A stretch of DNA of 64,000 nucleotides from NCBI RefSeq assembly GCF_009914755.1, contig NC_060926.1. One strand, given 5' to 3'. This DNA is from the human T2T-CHM13v2.0 reference genome, Homo sapiens. The translations under genes and the position numbers were made by a program. The notes under the pieces are model-generated. The model searched no databases. It saw only the letters and a program-made list of their open reading frames with translations, and had not been told where the DNA came from. Position 1 is the stretch's first letter. Each line of letters opens with the position of its first letter. Shown here one piece after another: positions 27,961 to 40,670 of the stretch.

Positions 27961-28634
27961 CTCCTTCCCACAGTTTACTCAATTAGGCTCTTTTAGGGAC
28001 TATACTAAAATGTATAGAAGTAATAAGGAAGATATTTAGTAAGTCTATGTTTTAATGACATAAAACCTCTCTGGCAAAGAACCAAATAAGCAGTCTTTAT
28101 GCTGCCTCAAACATCTGCATAAATGCATAGTTTCTGAGCTTTTTAATTTCTTTTTTCTGTAGCACTTTGGCAAGGTGAGTAAATAGCATAAGTTGGCATT
28201 TTTTGAGTTTAAAATAAATGTATTTCATGTAAAAATTATTTGAGAAGCTTTGAGTGTGGGACCCCCAGTTCTAAGTGAGGTAGAGAAGGCAAACTTCCTT
28301 CCCACTGAATTCAAATATAAAACCTGGACAGGGAGCTTGGAACACATAGTTGAGGACTCAAAACCATCTAGTGGATTGGAGAAGAGCAACAGAATTCAAA
28401 GTACTACCAATGCAGCTGTCCTTCCAACAGGCAAGGCCAATTCTACTGATTTTTTCTCTCTCTCTTCCCCTCCCCCACCTCCTACCTTCTCTCTCCACCA
28501 TTTATCACTCATCTTACTTCTTAGCCCCAGACACAAAATGGTAATTCCATAATGTTGCTTATGAACCCATGATTTTACCTCCTTCCCATAACTTACTCAA
28601 TTATGCTTCTTTAGGGACTGTACTAAAATGTATA
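27961..28634 (+). repeat. Dispersed 56-bp direct repeat (27961-28016 and 28579-28634)
   Basis: CTCCTTCCCA....TTACTCAATTA.GCT..TTTAGGGACT.TACTAAAATGTATA, 49/56 identical. Confidence 0.9.
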
Positions 28635-30482
28635 AATTGACCTCTCTAGCTGCATATTTGTGTATTTGATCCTAATTATTATACCAAAAACTCTGGGAAC
28701 TGAGCTAATGGATGGACTTCCATCTAAGTCCCAGGCTGACCAACAGGTATAAATTAGTAATAGCACTGCAAAGGCTTTGAAAGCTTAACTAGCTTTCAGT
28801 GTGGGAACCATAGTGCACAGAAGGTGGGTTGGAATTTGTAGCCAAATCTAAACAGGATAACTGGTGAATAAAACAAAAATATTAAATCATTTGTCACAAC
28901 ATAAAAATTTCATATGTCATTTCAGTAAACATAAATGCAATTGCAGGTCTTCTGCATTTACAAAACTATTAAGTGTTCAGAGTTGAGATGGGAACCCTTG
29001 GTCTTGCACCCTAGATAGAACAAGATGTTTTGCCAGTCAATAGCAAAGGGAACCAGGCCACTGCCTGCCTTTTATCTCACCTTGTGCTTTAAATTTAAGT
29101 TGAGCTTCTTGATGGTGATATTAATTCAATTCCTTGTGAAATATTTAAATTGGCATCATTTGATATATTGTTTCTCTATATGCAGATGATTTATTATGGT
29201 TGTTTGCATACTCAGAATTTTCTTCTGATCATTGATTTCTCAGGTCACAAATAGCTATTTTTAAAACAGAATTTACCTGTCAGTTGGAATAAAATTGAAA
29301 TCCCATTGCACACTGTGTTTCTCTAATGGCTTAAACTTGTCAGAAACTTGTATATTCCACTGAATTCTTTACTGCCATTAGTTTCTCACTGGTTTGGATT
29401 CCTTCACCTCTTCTCTCTCAAAATAAAACAAGGATTTGAAATCATCTTTCATTCTCATCTCTAAGTGAAACTGTTAAAACACACATGATCAATATGTTTG
29501 GTCACATGATTTTATTAATAGGTTTTAAGATACTTTCACTTTGCAACTTTGAAATGCCACTTAGATTTACTGTCTTTCTTGGACTACATTAAAAAAAATT
29601 ATGGTGCATGTTTCTTTTCCACAAGAATTCTCATTGAATTATTGCAACTTCGATGTTATTGTATCAAAACTTTCTTCACTCACTTTTTTGACCATGTATA
29701 TTTGCTGGCATTAAACCCAAACTCCCAATACGCAGAATTTTTCAATGACAAAGTTGTACATTATATACACTACTTTTGCTGTACTTGCATAGTAATCATT
29801 AGATTAAACATTTGTGTCTTCTCTAAGATACATGAAAAAATTTCTTTTGGACAGAGTCCAAGATTTTTCATTTTTGTTTGCCTAGTTCACACCACAGTGC
29901 TGGTGAATAGTAGGGATTTAGTAATTGTGGCTCAACTGTAAAGGATTTAACTTACAAATATTTATCCCCTGACTCCATTTTATACTTACTTTATTTTTTC
30001 TGTTACTACTATCACAAAGTGTTCAGATATTTTAGGCAGTATTATTATAGTTATCTTTCCATTATTATATATTATACTTAAGACGATTGTTCATGAGAAT
30101 ATATTAAATATACAAAAATTCATTAGTACAAAAAAGAGCTACATGAGCCAACCAAATTAATCAGATTTTCTACCTAAGTAGATCCTTAGTGGTAGCACCA
30201 ATTAAATATGATGTGATTATAATTCTATCAAGACATTTATGAATACTCTGCTTGTTAATGGCTCCTAAGTTTTCCCAGACTCTAGAAATGGGTAACATTC
30301 CATTTCCATTCTGCACATGGTTTCTACACACATCCCTGCATATCTTCCTCTAAACCCCTAACTAATAAAGAATGATCCCATTTTGGGCCCCAAAGAAATA
30401 CTTTCTGGTATTCAGGCCACCATATAGTTACTATGGTATTGCCTCTGATGCTCTCTTAGAGATACAGTCATGGGTCCTGAGT

Positions 30483-31251
<769 letters not shown>

Positions 31252-32305
31252 CTGGCTGCAGACATTTGCATAAGTCACGGGGAGCAAATGTTAATCACCA
31301 AGACAATGGAGAAAATGTCTCCAGGGCATGTCGGAGACCTTTGCAGCAGCCCCTCCCATCACAGGCCTGAAGGTTTAGGAGGAAAAAATAGTTTTGTGGG
31401 CCGAGCCCAGGGTCTGTCTGCTGTGTGCAGTCTAGGGACTTGGTACCCTGGATCCCAGCTTTCCCATCCATGACTAAAAGAGGTCAAAGTATGGCTAGGG
31501 CTGTTGCCTCAGAGGGTGGAAGCCCCAAGCCTTGGCAGCTCGGATGTGGTGTTGAGCCTGCAGATGCACAGAAGTCAAGAATTGAGGTTTGGGAACCTCC
31601 ACCTAGATTTCAGAAGAAGTATGGAAATGGCTGGATGCCCAGGGAGAAGTTTCCTGCAGGGGCCGGGCCCTCATGGAGAACCTCTGCTAGGGCAGTGTGA
31701 AAGGGAAATGTGGGGTCAGAGCCCCTACACAGAGTCCCTACTGTAGCACTGCCTAGTGGAGCTGTGAGAAGAGGGCCACCATTCTCCAGACCCCAGAATG
31801 GTAGATCCACTGACAGCTTGCATTGTGCGCCTGGAAAAGCCACAGACACTCAATACCAGCCTGTGAAAACAGCCAGGAGGGGGGCTATAACCTGCAAAGC
31901 CACAGGGGCAGAGCTGCCCAAGTCCTAAGGAGCCCAATTCTTGCATCAGCGTGACCTGGATTTGAGACATGGAGTCAGAGGAGATAATTTTGGAGCTTTA
32001 AGATTTGACTGCCCTGATGGATTTCAGACTTGAATGGTGCCTGTAGCCCCTTTGTTTTGGCCAATTTCTCCCATTTGCAATGGCTGTATTTACCCAATAC
32101 CTGTACCCCCATTGTATCTAGGAAGTAACTAACTTGCTTTTGATTCTACAGGCTGATAGGCAGAAGGGACTTGCCTTGTCTTGGATGAGACTTTGAACTG
32201 TTTTAGTTAATGTTGAAATGAGTTGAGACTTTTGGGGACTGTTGCGAAGACATGATTGGCTTTGAAATGTGAACATATGAGATTTGGGAGGGGTCAGGCG
32301 TAGAA
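31252..32305 (+). mobile_element. THE1 internal region, 5'-truncated
   Basis: GCTGCAGACATTTGCATAAG...GCAGCCCCTCCCATCACAGGCC...GATTTGGGAGGGGTCAGG (PPT). Colinear with the MSTA-int at 37680-38746. Confidence 0.9.
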
Positions 32306-32665
32306 TGATATGGTTTGGCTCTGTGTCCCACTGAAATCTCATCTTGTAGCTGCCATAATTCCCACGTGTTGTGAGAGGGATCTGGTGGGAGATGATTGAC
32401 TTATGGGGGCGGGTCTTTCCTGTGTTGTTCCTGTGTTTTGAATGGGTCTCATGAGATTTGATGGCTTTAAAAATGGTAGTTGCTCTGCACAAGCTCTCTT
32501 TTTGCCTGCTGCCACCCATGAAAGATGTGACTTGCTCCTCCTTGTCTTCCACCATGATTGTGAGGCCTCCCCAGCCACGTGAAACTAAGTACAATAAACC
32601 TCATTTTTGTAAATTGCCCAGTCTTGGGTATGTCTTTAACAGCAGCGTGAAAATGGATGAATACA
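32306..32665 (+). mobile_element. THE1 3' LTR (THE1C-like)
   Basis: TGATATGGTTTGGCT...CAGCAGCGTGAAAATGGATGAATACA. Confidence 0.9.
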
Positions 32666-33287
32666 CCAATGAACCTTACTTTTGCTTTAAATGCTCACTG
32701 AGAATGTTCACTGAAGGACTGAATATGTACATTGCAAAAGGTTAAGTTAGAAATTTAGGATGTTACATTCTGGGAACCTTTATCTTTTCCCATTAAAAGC
32801 AGGGTTACTATGTAAAAAATAAATAAGATTTTCATCACAGAAGGAGCCCAAATTATAAGCCTTAGGATTTTACATAATTGCTAAAGGTGGATCACATATT
32901 TGCTTCTAATCTATTTAAAAACTACTGCCAAGATATTTAGAGCTTGTCACAATGGCACATTTTTTAATACATTAGCTATTACATATATGTGTTTCTTCCA
33001 GTGGACTTAAACATCATGAGAGAAGAGGCTGTGATTCCATATTTTTACTTCCACAGGGCTTGGTTCAGAATCTGTCATATAGCAAGTATTTGCCTGATGG
33101 ACTAAATAAAATTCATACTTGTATGTAGTGCATCCTATATATACCTCTCTTATTTTCAGTTTAGGAGAAATGTAATCTTACTATTATCATAGAAAGACTA
33201 AAAACAGCTTTTGCTTCATATTTTAGGGCTTGCTTTCTTTGCATATAAGTCCAGTGGATTCTTTACTTTGTAGTATGTATGTGTTCA

Positions 33288-33337
33288 GACACACACACAC
33301 ACACATACACACACATATATACACACACACAAACACA
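33288..33337 (+). repeat. Imperfect (CA)n microsatellite
   Basis: ACACACACACACACATACACACACATATACACACACAC. Confidence 0.85.
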
Positions 33338-36300
33338 TGTGTATGTGTTAATTATACATTCTTACAGAATTATTAGTACCTGGCTTGATAAGGCATTTTT
33401 GTTAGTTTCAACTCTTGCATATATTCTGCAATTTTATTCCAACATTCTGTTGTTGTTGTTGTTTTTGGAGAAAATACAGGTAATTTTAAATAAGGTTTAT
33501 CTTTTGTATTTTTTGTAACAGCATATGGTAACAGAATTGATATTTTCTAGTCTCTATTCACACCTTGACCTAACACAAAGAAATTCATATCACACATTTT
33601 AACAGTCCCACATTACATGTTAATCTTAAGGTTTTACCCCCTGTAACTCACTAGTTTTAGTGACTAATGTGAAGTGCCCTGAAAACAAACCCATCATATG
33701 GTGACTGCCAATAGTGTAGCGTTATTCTCCCCTACATACCCCGTTACATTCTGTAAATTTAAAGGGAAATTCTAATGCTAATTATCTGAGCCTAGGACTT
33801 TAAATTTAACATACAAATACGTAGATACTTGTACTTGTTTTATGTGTATTCAATTACCAGGGTTCTGACTATATTAGATTTCCAACTACTATCAGTACTG
33901 AGTATTAATATGCTGAAATATAAGCTAGTATATTCTAAATTATTATCTCCTCTTATTATTATCTTTAGAATATTGTATGGATTTTTTTTAACCATGTATA
34001 TATGCTAAATTATGTAAGAATTTTATTTCAGGATAGTAAAGATAACTTTATAAAAATCGCTATAAAAGGAGGTGTAATATTTAATAACTTCCTATAAAAT
34101 GAAACCTTAATTTTTTTTTCTAAAATCAAAAGAACCTGAAATTCGTCTTTTCATGACCCATTAGGCTTTGACTGCAACCTTCTCAGTCCCTGGGAGATTC
34201 GCATTGCCAAATCACATCTAATTATGTTGAACATACCTATACGTGACTATTTTTACAAGTCTTTGAGGCTTTCTTTGGCCACACTGTCCTTTGTCTCTTT
34301 GACTCCTATTGCCACTTTGTTGTTTACTTTCCCACTTCTGAATTCCTCCTTCAAGGGCTCCAGTCCAATCGCCAGTGAGACAATTAGCCTCATTTCCTTT
34401 GGCCCCGCCCATTCTGCGTTTCTTCTTGCTTTCATGTTTCTCTTCTGTTCTTTGCTATGGACTTCAAGATTATGCATATATAAATATTTAGAAGCAACAA
34501 AGATCTTATTACCTTTCTTCAAAATTCATTTCTTTCTGCTATGTTCTGGATTGCTTTTTAAAATGTTTATTTCTAGTATTTTATTTTTATTCTTTTTGTT
34601 TCGTTTACCACAACCACCATATGAAATATTAATAAATTTTATTTTTCTCCATTTATTGCTAAAAGTCCCTCCTTCGTGTTTTCCTTCTTTTGAAGGTCAA
34701 GTAGCTTCCCTGTCATTGTTTTAAGAGAAGCCATCAATTCCTGTAATGCCTTTAATTTTGGCTGACTGCAGCTGCCTTTCTTGGGTAGGATTGGACTTTT
34801 TTTATTGTACACTGTTCTTTCAGATATTTTCTATAGAAATCAAAGTTACAATTATGTTCTCACAAAAACAAAATGCATTGCATTCAATTCATATCTTGGG
34901 CAACATCTGATGTGTCTTTGAAACCCTTTTATACATTACATCATATTTCCTGCCCATAAAATGAAAACACACGTCAAAACCTCAGTTAGTCTATGTATCT
35001 TGGTGAGACTCCTAGCATAACACACTATAACTAGATTTTTTTCCAGGCAAGGGCCTGGGGGTTAAATACCCTGGGTGGATGGAGTTGGGTATCAGTCCTT
35101 CTGCTGCACTGAAATACGTTTTTTCTTAAGGATGATGTTAGTTAAATTTTTATTGTATCTATCCCCACATGGATTTATTTTCATCTCCATAATTATATGG
35201 GAGAAAGGCAGGGCTAGACATTGGCATGGAGTAAGATAGGCATGCTATTTATTTGGAGCTCCTCCTAGTCTATATTTCATAAATATTCAACATTAAAAAT
35301 AGTCCAGGTGTTATATAAATAAAGAATAACAGTATTCAAGTTGTGAACTTTGTACCAGCAATTTATCTTTAGCTCCAACATGTTTATCAAAAGTGGGACG
35401 GTGAGGTGGGGAGCCCAAAACTTGGCAGTTAAGAAGATCCATCTTCACGCAAAACAGACACTCACTGTACCTCCTGCCAAAGCCAGTACTCATGCCCCTC
35501 AGTTGTGACTAACTTGGTTCCGGCTTTGTTTCTCTTAGTCAGCACAACATTCTACAAACTCTGTGATCACACCATTGTATACCTCCTTCTCTCCCCAGGT
35601 GGTTTTACCTTTATCTCTTTTCACTCCTTACCTCTAGCTATGACCATGCTGACTCCTTCGCAGCAAGCATGACCTCCTCACAGGAAGAAAGGCATACTCA
35701 TCTATAAGGTAGATAAACCAGCAAATGTATTCCTATTTTGTAAATGAGTCACCTGTAGTCCAGAAATATTAATTGACTTTTGTATCAAGATAAATGACTT
35801 TAAAAGAGGAGACTAATTTCTCAGACTCTAGGCTCCTTAAAATACTCTCTTCAAAATAGTCATTTAGCCCTATGATAAGAAAATCAGGTAATCTGAAGCT
35901 CCTTCCAATAGACTGTTTTTCATTTTCTTCTTCTAGCTAGGCAATATACAGTTCATGGGTAAGCCTACTGTAAGATAGACATAAATTGTCATACATTAAT
36001 TATATTGTGATTATCCAGTGTTATTGTGTGTGTGTTAATGAAAAGTGGTTGTCAACTAGACATTTCATAGAAGTTCAAAAGTGCAAAATGAATTAAATCT
36101 TCACCTACCCATTGTTCAAAGCTCCTCTATTTTCTACAGAAAAATGAAAATGTGTGTCTGGAGGAGGGATGGCCAATATATATCTGCAAAGAGATGACAA
36201 CTTGAAGCATTTCTCCTGAATAATATAGAACATAGACACAAGGGACATACTTTTCAGATTATTCGGCATACAAAAACTGAGCTCATTTATTCACAGAATT

Positions 36301-36752
36301 ATCAAATGCATATTGATTGGCTTATAGTTGTATTCCTAATGGTTTCCACCTAAAACATCCAAATTTCCTTGTAAAGATATTACAGTGAATATTAGAAAAT
36401 AGCTGAGGATATGTGTATGGAAAGTAGAGTTACAAGGAGAGAAGCCAATGGGCAGTTTTCGTCTGTCATCCCTGGCCACAGTCTGTTCTGATGGGTAGGT
36501 TTCTTGATATGATATCCAGAAACTGAGAGAAGAAGCTGAATTCGGTTAAACACGGAATTATTCTCTCACTGTCCTGCAAACACAGCTTGTACATTTTCAC
36601 ACAGCTGCCTCCCCTTCCCCTACTCTGATTGTAATAAATTCCCTTGTGTCTTTTATTCTTCTGTATCCTGAGTGAGTATTTCAGAGATTTACCTGAGTCT
36701 TACTTCCTCCAGCAAGCATTTTCTACATTCTTTTTAGAGAATGCTCTCTAGC

Positions 36753-39127
36753 TGATATGGTTTGGCTCTGCGTCTCCACCCAAATCTCATGTTGGATTGT
36801 AATTCTCAGTGTTGGAGGAGGGTCCTGGTGGGAGATGATTGAGTCATGAGGCAAGACTTCTCCCTTGGTGTTCTTGTGATATAGTTAGCACGAGATCTGG
36901 TTGTTAGAAAGTGTTTAACACTTTCCTCTTCTCTCTCTCTCCTCCTGGCCATGGGAAGATGCTTCTGCTTCCTCTGTGCCTTCTGCCATAATTGTAAGTT
37001 TATTGAGCCCTCCCCAGAAGCTTGTACAGCCCATAAAAACATGAGCCGATTAAACCTCTTTTCTTTATAAATTACCCAGTCTCAGGTATGCCTTTATAGC
37101 AGTGTGAGAACAAACAAATAATAGAAAATTGGTACCAGAGAAGTGGGGCATTGCTATAAAGATACCTGAAAATGTGCAAGCAGCTTTGGAACTGGGTAAT
37201 GGGCAGAGGTTGGAAGAGTTTGAAGGGCTCAGAAGAAGACAAGAAAATAAAGGAAAGTTTAGTACTTTCTAGAGACTTGTTGAATGGCTGTGACCAAAAT
37301 GTTGATAGTAATATGGACAATAAAGTCCAGGCTGAGGAGTTCTCTGATGGAGATGAGTAACTTATTGGGTGACTTAAAGGTCACTCTTGCTATGCTTTAG
37401 CAAAGAAACTGGTGGTTTTATCCCTCTGCTCTACGTATCTGTGGAACTTTGAACTTGAGAGAGATGATTTATCATATCTAGTAGAAGAAATGTCTAAGCA
37501 GCAAAGTATTAAAGATTTGGCCTGGCTGCTTCTAACAGTGTACACTCACATGTGCACAAAGAAAGTATCTCAAACTGGAACTTAACATTTAAAAGAGAAG
37601 TAAAGCATAAAAGTTTTGAAAATTTGCAGTCTGACCATGTGATATTAAAGAAAACCCATTTTCTGGGGAGGAATTCAAGCCTGCTGTAGAAATTTGCATA
37701 AGTAAGGAGGATCCAAATGTTAATAGCCAAGACAATGAAGAAAGTGCCTCTGTGGCATTTTGGAGACCTACACAGCAGCCCCTCCCATCAGAGGCCTGAA
37801 GGCCTAGAAGGGAAAAAGGGTATCATGAGCCAGGCTCAGTGTTGCACTGCTCTGTGCAGCCTCAGGACATGGCACCCTGCATCGTGGCCACTCCATTTCC
37901 AGCTGTGGCTAAAAGGGTCTAAGGTACAGCTTGGGCCATTCCTTCAGAGTGTGCAAGCCCCAAGCCTTGGTAGCTTCCATGTGGTGATAAGCCTGTGAGT
38001 TCACAGAAGGCAAAAGTTGAGACTTGGGAGTATCTGCCTAGATTTCAGAGGATGTATGAAAACATCTGGATGTCCAGGCAGAAGTCTTCTGGAGAGGCAT
38101 AAGCTCTCATGGAAAACCTCTACTAGGGCAGTGTGAGGGGAAGATGTGGGGTTGGAACCCCCACAGAAAGTCCCCACTGTGGAACTGCCTAGTGTAGCTG
38201 TGAGAAGAGCCACTGTACTCTAGACCCCAGAATAGCAGATACACCAGCAGCTTGAACTGTGTACCTGGAAAAGCCACAGGCACTCAACACCAGCCTGTGA
38301 AAGCAGCATAGGGGGCTTTACCCAGCAGAGCCACAGGGGCAGAGCTGCCCAAGGCTTGGGAGCCACCCTTTGCCTTAATGTGACCTGGAAGTGAGACATA
38401 GAGTCAAATGAGATTATTTTGGAGCTTTACGATTTAATGACTTCCCTGCTGGATTTCTGACTTGTATGGTGTCTGTAGCCCTTTTGTTTTGGCTGATTTC
38501 TCCCTTTTGGAGTGGGAGCATTTACCCAATGCCTGTACTCCCATTGTATCTTGGAAGTATCTAATTTATTTTTAATATTACAAGCTCATAAGTGGAAGGG
38601 ACTTGCCTTGTTTCAGATGAGACTTTGGAGTTGGACTTTTGAGTTAATGCTGGAATGAGTTAAGACTTTGGGAGACTGTTGAGAAGGCGTGATTGTGTTT
38701 TGAAATGTGAGAAGTACATAAGATTTGGGAGGAGCCAGGAGCAGAATGATATGGTTTGGCCCTGTGTCCCTACCCAAATCTCATGTTGAATTGAAATTCC
38801 TAGTATGGGAGGAGGGGCCTGGTGGGAAGTGATTGAATTATGGAGACAGACTTACCCCTGTTCTTGTGATAGAGTTCTCATGACATCTAGTTGTTTGAAA
38901 GTATGTAGCACTCCTCACTTCTCTCTCTCTCTCTCTCTCTCCTTCTGGCAATTTAAAGATGTACCTGCTTTCCCTTTCACTTCCACCATGATTGTAAGTT
39001 TCCTGACACCTCCCCAGAAGTAGAAGCTTGTACATCCCACGGAATCATGAGCCGACTAAATCTCTTTTCTTTATAAATACCCAGTCTCACGTATGCCTCT
39101 ATAGCAGAGCAAGAAGACACTAATACA
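36753..39127 (+). mobile_element. Full-length MSTA-type MaLR element: LTR 36753-37123, internal 37124-38746, LTR 38747-39127
   Basis: Two similar LTRs starting TGATATGGTTTGGC. The internal region starts GAAAATTGGTACC. TSD CTAGC / CTAAC (4/5). Confidence 0.93.
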
Positions 39128-39434
39128 CTAACTCTTGATTCCTTTGAGATGTGAGTAGGAGGTTCTGTTAGTCTCTCTGACTGACTAGTGAGCAGTCAGG
39201 TTAAGAGTACCTACATATGATATATAAGCTCTCCTCAGTTCTAGCACATTCTTTTCAGATTGTCATTCCTTTCCTTTATTTCATGTTTTCTTTTATTTCC
39301 TTCTTCACTACCAAATCCTTCAGAAAAACAAGTCTACATTTACCATCTTCAGTAGGGAACCACCTCCTTCTGCATTCTTGGAAACGAGTTTCTATCCATT
39401 CCATCATACTGAAGCTATTTTGTAAGATAAAAAT

Positions 39435-39600
39435 GTGTGGTGTAATGCAAGTGTGAAATGAATATGAATTCTGTATGAGATACCAGGGTTTGCCTGTTGG
39501 CTCGGCTTGTACTAAATATGCAATTTTGAGCAAGTTATTAATTCTAGATGAGCTTCAGTTCTTTTATTTATCAAAAAGGATATAGTAATAATTCCATACA
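39435..39600 (+). mobile_element. MIR
   Basis: TTTGAGCAAGTTATTAATTCT...GAGCTTCAGTTCTTTTATTTATCAAAAAGGATATAGTAATA. Confidence 0.65.
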
Positions 39601-39634
39601 TATATAAAGATAGGAATGCATATATATTTCTTGC

Positions 39635-40670
39635 CAATATGAAGTAATCAAAATGAGGTGTACTCTCCTGCCTTAAACATTTAAAAAATTTGGACAAAAT
39701 ATATATGAAATAGTAGTTTCAGCACAAGGCAGTGATCTGCAAGAGAAAAGAAACTAACAAAATGGTTCCTATGATTGTTCCACACTGCTGCCTGGAGACA
39801 ATTTCCAGGCAAACTGGGGGAAACATACAGAACAGCACAGCAAAGGGGAACCCAAATAGGGCTGGCAGATTCTCTCAGTTGATAAGATACATTTGAGATG
39901 TCAGAAAGCTAATTTGCCTAGAACTTGCAGAGCACAGTACAAAGAGGACAGAATTGGATAAAGAGGAAAGAACCACATGAAGAAGAAAGTGCTGCATGGA
40001 GAGAAACCTGCAAGAGCGAGAGCCCTTGAAATATGCAAAGCGTTCTTCTTGAGGCCTCAGTTGTGTTACACGTAAATTCGGTGCATATAAAGAAAATACT
40101 CAAGACTGTGAAAGAAGCACCAGAAAGGACAAGGTGACACAGTCCTCAGAGCTCACAAAGGGCTGAGAATAGCTGAGGTTCCCACCAGCTGTAGTGAAAA
40201 ACCTCATCATACATAGACCATTAAGTAGAGTTCTCAGAAAGTTTTTTTATCTCAGTAGTGGAACAAAATTAGCCCTAGACTTGAAATCACTCTGGTTCCA
40301 CTTACCAGATTTTAAAAGCATGCCTCAAATGGCTTGAAATGTTTCCACTTAATTTCATATCAGTCAAAAGCTTACTATCAAAAGAACCTGCAAAATTATA
40401 CAGTATCCAGAAGGATAATAACTAATGTCTGGCATCCAATTAAAAATTACCAGATATTAAAAGAATCAGGAAAATGTAACCCATAATAAGGAGGAAAACC
40501 AAGCAATAGATTTAAACCAAAATATTAACAGCTGATAGAATAAGGTATAAAACAGGTTTTATAGCTATATGCTGTATATTCAAGAAGGTAGAGTGAAGCA
40601 TGAAAATGTTAAAGAGACATGGAAGATATTTAAAAGACCCAAATTGAACTTCTAGTGATGAAATAGCAAA
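39635..40670 (+). mobile_element. Old L1M (L1ME-type) 5' region and ORF1 start
   Basis: TTGGACAAAATATATATGAAA, CTGCCTGGAGACAATTTCCAGGC, ATGTCTGGCATCCAATTAAAAATTACCAG and CCAAATTGAACTTCTAG. Confidence 0.7.

Noticed and set aside
34224-34724. Longest ORF (166 aa, +) and overlapping 89-aa - strand ORF
   Set aside because: The Leu/Phe/Ser bias follows from T-rich DNA. I see no recognisable domain, promoter or retrocopy hallmarks (poly(A), TSD).
36400-36720. Possible ancient LTR remnant
   Set aside because: Only an AATAAA and a vague LTR-like composition. I cannot assign a family or boundaries by eye.
31252-38746. Local segmental duplication between 31252-32305 and 37680-38746
   Set aside because: The similarity reflects THE1-int/MST-int family homology, and the LTRs are of different subfamilies.
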